DNA of 64,000 nucleotides from Eledone cirrhosa (taxonomy: Eukaryota): contig OZ024742.1 in assembly GCA_964016885.1 (NCBI GenBank), forward strand, positions 65,162,001 through 65,226,000, in the 5' to 3' direction. The first letter of the stretch is position 1, and every line of letters starts with the position of its first letter. Made by a program: the position numbers and the translations under genes. The notes beneath the pieces are model-generated. The model was not told the DNA's origin. It worked only from the letters and a program-made list of their open reading frames with translations, and ran no database searches. Below are positions 42,568 through 53,626 of this stretch, one piece after another.

Positions 42568-42623
42568 CATTATACATATTTCAAGGACACCAAGTTAAAT
42601 TATGGTGTGCTTTCATCAGATAA
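42568..42623 (-). ncRNA. Minimal hammerhead motif
   Basis: TTAT-CTGATGA-AAGCACACCA-loop-TGGTGTCCTT-GAAA-TATG-TA-TAAT followed by AATAAA. Confidence 0.6.
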
Positions 42624-43462
42624 AATATAATATAGAGCAGTTTTATAAATAAATATTGACATACTCTTAAAGAATGCGACCATTTCTGTTGGAAGCTCCC
42701 GGATAGTGGGGTTATAAATTTATTTATACTATTATGTAAATTAGTTTCAGATATTTTAAAATCAGAGTAGATTTAAATAAGCCGTTGGGTTATGGAGAAA
42801 GATATATATATATATTACGGAGTTGTACTTGTTTAGTATGCGAGTTGATCTGCGACTGAGTATGAAACTAAAGCAACAAGGAAAAGTCATTCTAGCCATT
42901 TAAGAACACACAAAAACCTTAACATTCACTTGTCATGTATTTCATAGTCTACGTGAAGAAATGTTAAAAAGTTTCGTCGTCAACATTTGACCCGGTCACT
43001 GACACAATAATTCGAAATTGTGTCAGTGACCGGGTCACAGAAATATCACTTCCACCACCCATTCCTCCAGATCGTCGGTTCTCTGGAATACCTTCCTTTC
43101 CATTTTCCCCCAAGCAGGCGTCGACTTGTTTTTGTACAAACGAAATATTAACCGCGCGAATCCTATCAGTCTCGGAGAAAATGTGAAAGCCAAACGAAAA
43201 ACACACACACACACAAATATTCTTTTTATTGGTTTCAGTCATTTGACTGTAAAGAAATTTAGTCGACCATATCGATACAACTACATATATTATCGATCAT
43301 TTTTGTCGAAGCGCTATGTAACGGGACATGAACACACACATATACATATATATATCCAAAACTAAATTAAGGGTGTCATATCTGAGAGACATGCGCCATA
43401 TCCACTGTAGAATACGCTCAAAGATTCCAATCAATATATCTGAGATCAGATCAACTAGATAT

Positions 43463-43506
<44 letters not shown>

Positions 43507-44019
43507 ATATTTGGGGAGGGTCATATTTGCGTAATATTGCCAGAATTAATAACAGAACACACTCACTGTTTGGTTGGTTTTCGCTTCTCGCTGTCTTTTA
43601 TATATATATATCTGCGATCTAACTTACTCGGTCCTCAATGTTGCCATTGACTGACCGGCGGTCAAAAATAATACAGATACAATATAGACAAACACATATA
43701 TATATAGTTTACATAAATCTTTCGTTGCACATCTGCAACATCGTCAGTGGTGTTATATTCATTGTTCCTCCTGTTGTGTTGTATGTCTACGCCATTTTTT
43801 TTGTTCAGTCTGTCTATATATTTATTTATTTATTTGCTTGTTTGTTTATCTTATTTTATTTTGTCTTCTTTGCGCATGCGTTTGCGTGTGTGTATAGTGT
43901 TATGTGTGATGTGTGACTAGTGTGTATAGTGTTGTGTCTGCTGGGTGACTAGTGTGTGTTTATGTGCTTGTGTATGTATTTATTTATCTTATTTTATTTA
44001 ATTTAATTTACTTATTTAT

Positions 44020-45405
44020 TTATACTTCTCTTAGGTCAGTGTTGTTTGTTTGGGTGTTGTTGTTGTTCCACTCATTCTTTCTGTTTAGCTTTGGTCTTCT
44101 AATTTCTATTTCACTGGCCTCTCTGATTTGCCTATCTGCTGGGTCATTCCTATGTTTAGATATTATTCTAATTTCTATGTTGTCTATGTTACCGTCATGA
44201 TGTTGTCTAGCATGTTCGTATAGTACTGACCCGTTTTTTCGTCCTTTTAGTTCCCCCCAGTGTTGGTCTATCCTTTCACCTATGCTACGAGCTGTCTCAC
44301 CTATGTATGTTGTTGTCGTGTTTCTGCAAGTACCCTCTGTACATCTTATGCTATAGACTACGTTTCTAGTTTTACAGTTTATCCGGGGGTTCACCTTACA
44401 TATGATACATTTCCTATTGGTACAGTGGGTTTTCTTAAAAGGGTAGGTTTTGCTGATCAGGGATTTTATGGTGGTTCCTGGCTTTTCTACCACCTTTATT
44501 TTTAAGTGGGTCTTTCTCAGGGCCTTTCTACACTGGTTAGCTAATTTCCCTCCAGGGGTGGCGTCCACAAACATGACACTCTGATATCTCTGGTTGTCGT
44601 ACCATGATGTGGCCTTCCCTATCTTATGTCTAGCCCTATCTAAGCTATTCCATGATTTGCTCCTGTATAGTGGGCAAATTCCTTTCATGTCCAGTTCTAT
44701 GAGGGTCTTATACTTTTCCATGGCTCCTTCGTATACTCTGACTCTGTCTCTTTGGTTGTAGCCAGAGAACTGCATGCGGTTGATGAAGTGTTGGATGTGT
44801 CCTTCCATTTCTGTTGGGTCGCACATGCTGGACACATTCTTCATCACTCGTACCAAATCTGCGATCAGAATATTAAACTTAGCACTACTGGACATTGCTG
44901 AGTTTTTGAGTATCAGGTATTTGGAGGCCATGGGTTTAGCATAGTGTGAGTGGAGAATTTGGGCTCTCTCGTCTATAGTGTTAATCCAGAGTTCTGTGTC
45001 TAATACAGGTAGTCTATTGTTAGGGTGTTTGGAAGGGAAGTCTATAGTTACAGTTATACTCTGGTGTATGGAATTAGCTATCTGCTGGATGCTTTCCATC
45101 GTGCTACGTTCTAAATCAAACTTGTTAGTGCTCTCTAGTGGGGGTGTTCTTATAACTATATTGATATCGTCTACATAACGAGAGTACATGATGAGGTCTA
45201 TGGAGCTTTCATTAAGGAGATCTTTAAGTCTCCTTTCCCACCATACCATGAAAAGGTTGGCAACATCGCCAGCTATGCTGACGCCGATGGCTGCTCCCTC
45301 ATTTTGGGTGTAGATTTTCTCATTGAACTTAAATATGAGAGAGATGACTTCATGAGCGTCATCCGACGCGAAACGAAATATGCTCAAAACGAATGCTGTA
45401 GGCAT
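44020..45405 (-). CDS. PLE RT C-terminal half + Cys linker + GIY-YIG endonuclease (left arm, 5'-truncated, chimeric start)
   Basis: IYTQNEGAAIGVSIAGDVANLFM, YSRYVDDI, LPVLD, C-x4-C-x2-C linker, NVVYSIRC...YIGETARSIGERIDQH, REASEI..PKLN. Confidence 0.9.
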   Translation of the reverse strand: MPTAFVLSIFRFASDDAHEVISLIFKFNEKIYTQNEGAAIGVSIAGDVANLFMVWWERRLKDLLNESSIDLIMYSRYVDDINIVIRTPPLESTNKFDLERSTMESIQQIANSIHQSITVTIDFPSKHPNNRLPVLDTELWINTIDERAQILHSHYAKPMASKYLILKNSAMSSSAKFNILIADLVRVMKNVSSMCDPTEMEGHIQHFINRMQFSGYNQRDRVRVYEGAMEKYKTLIELDMKGICPLYRSKSWNSLDRARHKIGKATSWYDNQRYQSVMFVDATPGGKLANQCRKALRKTHLKIKVVEKPGTTIKSLISKTYPFKKTHCTNRKCIICKVNPRINCKTRNVVYSIRCTEGTCRNTTTTYIGETARSIGERIDQHWGELKGRKNGSVLYEHARQHHDGNIDNIEIRIISKHRNDPADRQIREASEIEIRRPKLNRKNEWNNNNTQTNNTDLREV

Positions 45406-45628
45406 TTCAAGAAGAAATTAGAATGGATGAATAAGAAAAAACTACAAGAAAGGAAAATCGAATATTCTCAAAAATACCCAGATAACATCGACAACATCCG
45501 TATGAGTGATGTAAAACTACCGGAAGAATTTACCAATGACCACACAGTAAATATCTATGGGAACACTTTAATCAGTGAACAAGAACAACAAATCCTAAAG
45601 TTACCACCAAAATTTGCCATCTACAAAA

Positions 45629-46950
45629 GTTGTTGGCAGTGCGTCTGCTTGGCTTTAGGATGTCAGTCCACATCATCATGTGAGCGTTGAGGATTTTTTC
45701 TCTCCCATCGTGTGTTAGTTGTGCAACTTCGCTCGTGTTGGTGATGTGGGGTTGCATTGCCTCGATGTAGTTCGGCATGCTATCTATTGACATCCTACCA
45801 GACTTATCTGTGGGTAGACACACTACCTCACCATCCCTTGTGCGCTGCTTGAGGCTAACCAAGCCTTCTACAGGTTTTATCCCAAGTTGTTGGGCCTCTG
45901 GTCTGCTCTGTCTCATAGTGTACCTGTCTACTATTTGTCTAATCTTATTTCTAGCTATGGTGAACTGTGCCTCCGTCTCGTCATCTATTTGTTGTGGTAT
46001 GCAAACTCTTTTATTAAAGGGTAACCTCGTAGGATAGATATTACCCATCTTATATGTTTTGTCAGCTGGGTTGAAAAATAGTTTCTCTAAGGGGTTGTCG
46101 TTATTTCTATCGTCATAGTTGTGTGTGTTGCTATTATTGTTATCATGGTGGTTGTTGTTGTTTCTATCCTTAGCATTAATATTATTATTGTTATGATTGC
46201 TAGATGTATTGTTGTTTACTTCACCGTTATTGTTGTTGTTGTTACTGCTATTTCTACCATTGTGGTTGTTACTATTATTATGTTTCTTGTTTTTGTTGAT
46301 GTTGCTACATGTACTATTTCCATTATTACCACTGTGGTTATTGTTGTTGTTGTTGTTCGTATTGTTACCGTTATTACTACTGTGGTCACTGTTGCTGTGT
46401 CTGTGGTTAACGTTTCTATTATTATTATTATTGTGGTTGTTGTTGTTCTGTCTATCGCTAGTATTATTACCATTATCACTATTTCTCACTTTCCTGCCAT
46501 TGTTATGGTTATGGCTGTTATTTCTATACCCAGAGTTATTGTTTATATTACTACTACCGTTATTATTGTTGTTGTTGTTTACCTTTGCATTCCAACGTAT
46601 TTTTGTGAAACACTTTTCCAGCTCCGTTTTGCATTCCATAGGATTAATCTTTTTGTAGATGGCAAATTTTGGTGGTAACTTTAGGATTTGTTGTTCTTGT
46701 TCACTGATTAAAGTGTTCCCATAGATATTTACTGTGTGGTCATTGGTAAATTCTTCCGGTAGTTTTACATCACTCATACGGATGTTGTCGATGTTATCTG
46801 GGTATTTTTGAGAATATTCGATTTTCCTTTCTTGTAGTTTTTTCTTATTCATCCATTCTAATTTCTTCTTGAAATGCCTACAGCATTCGTTTTGAGCATA
46901 TTTCGTTTCGCGTCGGATGACGCTCATGAAGTCATCTCTCTCATATTTAA
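45629..46950 (-). CDS. PLE N-terminal region with Asn-rich insert (fragment, both ends fused to other pieces)
   Basis: ILKLPPKFA (PLE LxLGPKF motif) and VCLPTDKSGRMSI (ADKG motif before RT); ~160-aa Asn tract at ~46095-46578; frame stays open. Confidence 0.8.
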
Positions 46951-48259
46951 GTTCAATGAGAAAATCTACACCCAAAATGAGGGAGCAGCCATCGGCGTCA
47001 GCATAGCTGGCGATGTTGCCAACCTTTTCATGGTATGGTGGGAAAGGAGACTTAAAGATCTCCTTAATGAAAGCTCCATAGACCTCATCATGTACTCTCG
47101 TTATGTAGACGATATCAATATAGTTATAAGAACACCCCCACTAGAGAGCACTAACAAGTTTGATTTAGAACGTAGCACGATGGAAAGCATCCAGCAGATA
47201 GCTAATTCCATACACCAGAGTATAACTGTAACTATAGACTTCCCTTCCAAACACCCTAACAATAGACTACCTGTATTAGACACAGAACTCTGGATTAACA
47301 CTATAGACGAGAGAGCCCAAATTCTCCACTCACACTATGCTAAACCCATGGCCTCCAAATACCTGATACTCAAAAACTCAGCAATGTCCAGTAGTGCTAA
47401 GTTTAATATTCTGATCGCAGATTTGGTACGAGTGATGAAGAATGTGTCCAGCATGTGCGACCCAACAGAAATGGAAGGACACATCCAACACTTCATCAAC
47501 CGCATGCAGTTCTCTGGCTACAACCAAAGAGACAGAGTCAGAGTATACGAAGGAGCCATGGAAAAGTATAAGACCCTCATAGAACTGGACATGAAAGGAA
47601 TTTGCCCACTATACAGGAGCAAATCATGGAATAGCTTAGATAGGGCTAGACATAAGATAGGGAAGGCCACATCATGGTACGACAACCAGAGATATCAGAG
47701 TGTCATGTTTGTGGACGCCACCCCTGGAGGGAAATTAGCTAACCAGTGTAGAAAGGCCCTGAGAAAGACCCACTTAAAAATAAAGGTGGTAGAAAAGCCA
47801 GGAACCACCATAAAATCCCTGATCAGCAAAACCTACCCTTTTAAGAAAACCTACTGTACCAATAGGAAATGTATCATATGTAAGGTGAACCCCCGGATAA
47901 ACTGTAAAACTAGAAACGTAGTCTATAGCATAAGATGTACAGAGGGTACTTGCAGAAACACGACAACAACATACATAGGTGAGACAGCTCGTAGCATAGG
48001 TAAAAGGATAGACCAACACTGGGGGGAACTAAAAGGACGAAAAAACGGGTCAGTACTATACGAACATGCTAGACAACATCATGACGGTAACATAGACAAC
48101 ATAGAAATTAGAATAATATCTAAACATAGGAATGACCCAGCAGATAGGCAAATCAGAGAGGCCAGTGAAATAGAAATTAGAAGACCAAAGCTAAACAGAA
48201 AGAATGAGTGGAACAACAACAACACCCAAACAAACAACACTGACCTAAGAGAAGTATAA
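46874..48259 (+). CDS. PLE RT C-terminal half + Cys linker + GIY-YIG endonuclease (right arm)
   Basis: Same 461 aa as the left arm except H/Y and E/K; genuine RT homology starts near 46942 (IFKFNEKIYTQ). Confidence 0.9.
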   Translation: MPTAFVLSIFRFASDDAHEVISLIFKFNEKIYTQNEGAAIGVSIAGDVANLFMVWWERRLKDLLNESSIDLIMYSRYVDDINIVIRTPPLESTNKFDLERSTMESIQQIANSIHQSITVTIDFPSKHPNNRLPVLDTELWINTIDERAQILHSHYAKPMASKYLILKNSAMSSSAKFNILIADLVRVMKNVSSMCDPTEMEGHIQHFINRMQFSGYNQRDRVRVYEGAMEKYKTLIELDMKGICPLYRSKSWNSLDRARHKIGKATSWYDNQRYQSVMFVDATPGGKLANQCRKALRKTHLKIKVVEKPGTTIKSLISKTYPFKKTYCTNRKCIICKVNPRINCKTRNVVYSIRCTEGTCRNTTTTYIGETARSIGKRIDQHWGELKGRKNGSVLYEHARQHHDGNIDNIEIRIISKHRNDPADRQIREASEIEIRRPKLNRKNEWNNNNTQTNNTDLREV

Positions 48260-48531
48260 ATAAATAAGTAAATTAAATTAAATAAAATAAGATAAATAAA
48301 TACATACACAAGCACATAAACACACACTAGTCACCCAGCAGACACAACACTATACACACTAGTCACACATCACACATAACACTATACACACACGCAAACG
48401 CATGCGCAAAGAAGACAAAATAAAATAAGATAAACAAACAAGCAAATAAATAAATAAATATATAGACAGACTGAACAAAAAAAATGGCGTAGACATACAA
48501 CACAACAGGAGGAACAATGAATATAACACCA

Positions 48532-48562
48532 CTGACGATGTTGCAGATGTGCAACGAAAGAT
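48532..48562 (+). ncRNA. Hammerhead-like core in the PLE pLTR (mirror copy 43717-43747 on minus)
   Basis: CTGACGA-T-GTTGCA-GATG-TGCAAC-GAAA; stems I and III not evident. Confidence 0.45.
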
Positions 48563-48674
48563 TTATGTAAACTATATATATATGTGTTTGTCTATATTGT
48601 ATCTGTATTATTTTTGACCGCCGGTCAGTCAATGGCAACATTGAGGACCGAGTAAGTTAGATCGCAGATATATA

Positions 48675-48757
48675 TATATAAAAGACAGCGAGAAGCGAAA
48701 ACCAACCAAACAGTGAGTGTGTTCTGTTATTAATTCTGGCAATATTACGCAAATATG
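48675..48757 (+). promoter_or_regulatory. Putative pLTR Pol II promoter (TATA + initiator) and ORF start; mirror copy 43522-43604 on minus
   Basis: TATATAAAAG, then ACAGT about 30 nt downstream, then ATG at 48755 (MTLPKYNNICFDTRFHIKNLAK). Confidence 0.45.
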
Positions 48758-48977
48758 ACCCTCCCCAAATATAACAATATCTGTTTCGACACACGATTTC
48801 ATATAAAAAACCTCGCAAAACTAATATATATATATATATATATATATAAATATATATACACATGAATATATGTTAGGGATAAACACTGATACAAGTATAT
48901 ATGTGTTTGCATTGCAAATGACCAAGTTAGCTAGATTGAAAAATACTATTGTAAAAGACTATTTGAGTTTATAACTC

Positions 48978-49017
<40 letters not shown>

Positions 49018-49275
49018 AACATGAAACAATCACAGGGAATAATTTGTAAAGTGTGTAAGCACACACAACTAGGTAGGTAACTAATTAAAGTTTAACTAGA
49101 ACTTCAAATATAGATAAGGTATCTTATATATATATGTCAATCAATTTCTAGTTGATGATTTTGGCTGTAGCCTCCTTCCTACCATTTTCGGGACAGTGTG
49201 AGAGTTTCTTTAGAACTGTTGGACTAACAACCTAACAGTCCCCTCGAGCACTGATGGTGATTATCGCTAAATATT

Positions 49276-49373
49276 TGTGTCTACTTTAGGCACACGGCCA
49301 ACAATTACACAGTTCATTACTGGTACTTTATTTTATCGACCCCGTAAGGATGAAAGGCAAAGTCAACCTCGGC
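49276..49373 (-). mobile_element. SINE family B, truncated, with TSD
   Basis: Flanked by GTGATTATCGCTAAATATT at ~49257 and 49381. Confidence 0.8.
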
Positions 49374-50223
49374 TTATCGAGTGATTATCGCTAAATATTG
49401 ATGTTGATTTGGTTGTAATGCACTGGGTAATTGCTGGCCTTGTGCCTAAAGTAGAAACAAATATTAATGTTATTGGGCACCCACTAAAGATTTATAAGAG
49501 CTCACTTGAATAAGTATCTGTTGATCTTATACAAGTTTCTACATAACTTGGTATAATTTCACCCAACTTGTAAAAATCTTATAATGAAAGGAGTCGTTTG
49601 GGAAATGATATATTTGATATATCTCATACAAAATAATACAGCCAATTATCCACACAATACGATATAGTTAGCACCCCAAACGTTTAATTGGGAATATACT
49701 CAGGTATTTCCTAATGTTTGTTGAGTGAGTTAAAATTTGGCCGAAGTGTCGTTTTTAGCTTTCTCCGATTATGTATTTATATATATATATACACACACAC
49801 ACACACATATATATATATACAGCGGGCTTCTGCAGTTTCTAGCTACCAAATTTCATTGACAAAGTATTGATCTACCTGACACTATAAGTTCAGTGTCACG
49901 CAGTGGGACTAAACTCGAAACCACATGACTGCGAAGCGAATTCATCAATCGCAGTCATGCTTGCCACTTATTTTCTGTCTCTAAGAGTAATTTACCCAAA
50001 TTTCTCAACTACTATCTATTGTGATCGACTGTTATTACAGTATATTTTCTGTTTGGGACACGCGCATTTTTAAATTTCAAGCACCCTCAGCACGTCGATA
50101 ATTCATAAGGTATCTCTCTCTCTCACACACATATATATATAAATGAGAGTGAGTGAGTGAGTGAGTGAGTGAGTGAGTGAGTGAGTGAGTGAGTGAGTGA
50201 GTGAGTGAGTGAGTGAGTGAGTG

Positions 50224-50272
<49 letters not shown>

Positions 50273-50862
50273 ACGCGCCTGTATTTTAAATAATTCCTCT
50301 CTCTTTACCATATGAGGAATGGCTACGATATTCCCATCCAATATGCTACACACCAGCCAACTCAAACAAACCCAGTTTGCTCTTTACAATTGTCAAATAT
50401 ATACCAAAACATTAACAAATGAAAGTGACAACACCAGTCTTGATGAGATTACCAAAAACCTCAAGTTCCGACTGACATTAAGAATTGATGTCTGTTTTTA
50501 TTGACCTTTTGATCCTTACTATTTACACTTATATGGTGATACAAATACTGCTACACACGCGGACGTAATCCCTCTTTGCTGAAAGCTGATTCTATTGTAG
50601 AAGGCGATTAAGAAGTCTCTGGTGAACGTTAAAAAGTCATACTTTTGGCTAGGAAAAAGGTTTAAACCAGTGAATTTTCCCTAAATATATAAATATATAT
50701 GTATATAAATAGGGAGACAAAGCAGGCTTTGTTTACAAATGGCTAGCGAATTTGAAAATTAGGTAGTAACATGTGCTTATGCTGTATTTGACTACACAGA
50801 ATTAGTCTGTTAGTTGGGATTTAAAAAAACCCCTCTGAATGGAAAAAAAAAAGGATGAGTAT

Positions 50863-50941
50863 TGACGTACATGGGATACGAACCCACATCTTTGGTTTGC
50901 CGGACCAATGTGCCAATGTGCTACCATTACACCAACACGCC
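50863..50941 (-). pseudogene. tRNA-like unit or tRNA pseudogene with internal 8-nt duplication
   Basis: GGCGTGT acceptor, D arm GTGT-AATGGTA-GCAC, anticodon arm TTGGT-CCGGCAA-ACCAA, T arm GTGGG-TTCGTAT-CCCAT; CACATTGG duplicated; T10 run ~10 nt downstream. Confidence 0.6.
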
Positions 50942-52004
50942 ACCCATGCTTCCTTCTATTTGCTGGGTGTAAATAGCGAGATGGACGTGTTTTGCCGAGG
51001 CTAAGTCTATGGAGTTACACAACTATTATTGATCAGACAATGTTTCACCCTTTGAAACAACTGCAAAACAATGGATTAATTAAGCTCTGAACATCGTTTG
51101 TGTTTTGGTTTTATTGTTCAACCTATATATTTTTATACATATATCTTTCTATTATTTTAAATAAATTACCCTGTTCCTATGGTGTTTAAGTATAATATGA
51201 CTTTCTCTTGGATTCATCTGTACACAGTGATTCATACTGCTTGAAAAAGAATTCAAATCAGTCTGCTCTTACTTTTATATTCAAAAACATGAGCTAATTC
51301 AGATTATGTCTGAACAAAAACTGTGGTCATGATAAAAATATCTTTGATCATAAGACGGGTGGTGCAACCATGACGGCGATGGCGGACAGAAAGCTGTGTA
51401 TCATATCCAACCATCTGTATGCAGCACTCACAGCACGTCATCTCATCACCCACTAATATATCTTAAAATTTCAATTAAATTAACAAAAACCTAGCAGCAA
51501 TTGCTTGCGGTTCTCGGTGAGAAGGGGAAATAATTTCAAATATGTATTAATCTCACAGAAAATAATTATTTTCAAGCTTGGGGAATAAATCTGGCTTTTG
51601 TTAACATGTGGAGAAGGAATGGACAACCGTTGGATTAGACGATGAATGTAGTTGTTCGATCAAAGGAACAGCCTGCTCATGAAATTAACGTCTAAGTGAC
51701 TGAGCTTTCCAGACACTTGTATCCATAACGTAATTATTCCCAGGGAGATTCAGTGTGACAAGGCTTTGAATTACAGGTATATCCGTCCAACGGGATTCCA
51801 AACATTTTCCGCCTACTCAATTTCACTTACAAAACAACAGGGGTTGACCAGAGGCTATGGTAAATGACACTTGCCTAAGATTACCCCACTCTGTATATAA
51901 CACAAAAAGTAACTATATATGGGATCGAACCTGGGACTTAATGATTACGGAGTGAACTCATTAACCATTTATTCAGCCATGCTGCGTCCAGGGGAAGTGA
52001 GAGA

Positions 52005-52045
52005 TACAGACATATTTTAGTCTTATTAGACTTCGTCAGCAGTGC
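52005..52045 (-). ncRNA. Degenerate minimal hammerhead motif
   Basis: CTGACGA-AGTC-TAATAA-GACT-AAAA(for GAAA)-TATG-TC. Confidence 0.4.
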
Positions 52046-53311
52046 AATGTCATCTCAAGTCGGTTTTGATCAATAGACATTTTTTTTCTTTATAAGGAGA
52101 AAAACAGTAACGAACATGAACCATCACCGAAATGTGTGGCTTTCAGCCAGGATTAGAAATCGTCGACATCATCAGTAGAAGTTGCAGCAAGTGTGGTCAG
52201 CAGCTGAGATATATATAAAAGATAGTCCGCAGAAAAGAGATGAGCTAAATTAGTCGTCCCCAACCTTTTCATTACTAAGGATACCTTTTATTTAAATGAA
52301 TTTTTCAAAAGACCCATGGCTTCTGAAAGATCTTTCTACTTAAGCCTGTTTCACTCACAAGCAACAAATATTTATTTTTTTTTTTTCTGTTTCGTCTCTT
52401 AATTGAAAACTATATGTAACAAAATATTCAGTCAAATAAACAGCAGTATTTAAAAAAAACTTGTTTGTTTAATGAAATGGTTGATATTGCTTTGGTAGAC
52501 TATTAAGTGTAAATCAGGTCCCAAACAGCTGTCTAAAAGTATTACACGAACCCTATAGATTTCGAAAAGATTTTGAAAGTTTATTTTTATCAGCTTGAAC
52601 GTGAGAATTTATACATTTTAACACTGTAACCTCTTAGAATATTTAGCAAAGAGATTAAATAGCGTGTGGTTTAAAGATTTAGCTGCTATTTCTAGCAAAT
52701 CAAGTAACCACGTACAGGCTCCCCCTCTGGTTTGTTTTTTGTTGCGTAACAGAAGATTCTAGCTCAACCTTGATGATCATTGGTACAGTGACGTAAGAGT
52801 CGAGGAAACAGGATGTAATATACAATGCTTGGGAGGTGTGGTTTTGTTACATAACATATGATCCTCCCTCTCTCTCTCCCTCAATACTTTCAGAAGTAAT
52901 TGAGTTACATTTGTGTTCTCAGAGTCTCATAATATATCTATTTCCAAATATTTTATTGTGATGACAGCGCAACTTGTTGTTAACCTCATTAACCTATGAC
53001 CCTATGATCAAAGACTACCCCATCCTTGTCTTCTTCTAATTCGGGCATTGCGAATGTAGACCTGAACATGTATCCGGGTCTACATTATCCAATGGGTTCT
53101 TTTCTTTTCAAAAATGTTAGGGTATGATTTGAGGGAAACTTGGCTGCTATTTCTGTGAATGGGTGTGTGTAGAGACTATCGTTTTACGTTATAAGCATAT
53201 GGTGCTCTCCCTCTCATAATAATTGGGTTACATTTTCTATTCTCAGATTCCCATGTTGTTCTTTGCTAAATATTCTTAAAGTGATGTCAGGATGACATCA
53301 TTTTGGCAGAT

Positions 53312-53383
<72 letters not shown>

Positions 53384-53385
<2 letters not shown>

Positions 53386-53500
53386 GGCGTGTGGCTGAGT
53401 GGTTAGAGAATTGGATTCGCAATCGTAAGGTTGTGAGTTCGATTCCTGGACCAGGCGATGCGTTATGTCCTTGAGCAAGACACTTTATTTCACGTTGCTC
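53384..53500 (+). mobile_element. SINE family A head and core only
   Basis: GGCGTGTGGCTGAGTGGTTAGAG...GAGTTCGATTCC...CCTTGAGCAAGACACTTTATTTCAC. Confidence 0.8.
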
Positions 53501-53594
53501 CTTCTACCTGGAGTTGCGACCGATAGATAGTATTAGCAATTGGAAAGACCAACGGAAACAGTGTTCCCTCGGTCCGATTTGACGAAAGTCGATC

Positions 53595-53626
<32 letters not shown>

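Larger units (their letters stand above)
43499..48823. mobile_element. Rearranged palindromic Penelope-like retroelement insertion
   Basis: Inverted arms 43499-45628 and 46651-48780 (mirror coordinates sum to 92279), 1022-bp spacer, right arm extends ~43 bp further; (TA)n at both ends. Confidence 0.93.

Noticed and set aside
46121-46678. Poly-Leu and poly-Val hydrophobic ORFs on plus
   Set aside because: Antisense frames of the Asn-codon tract
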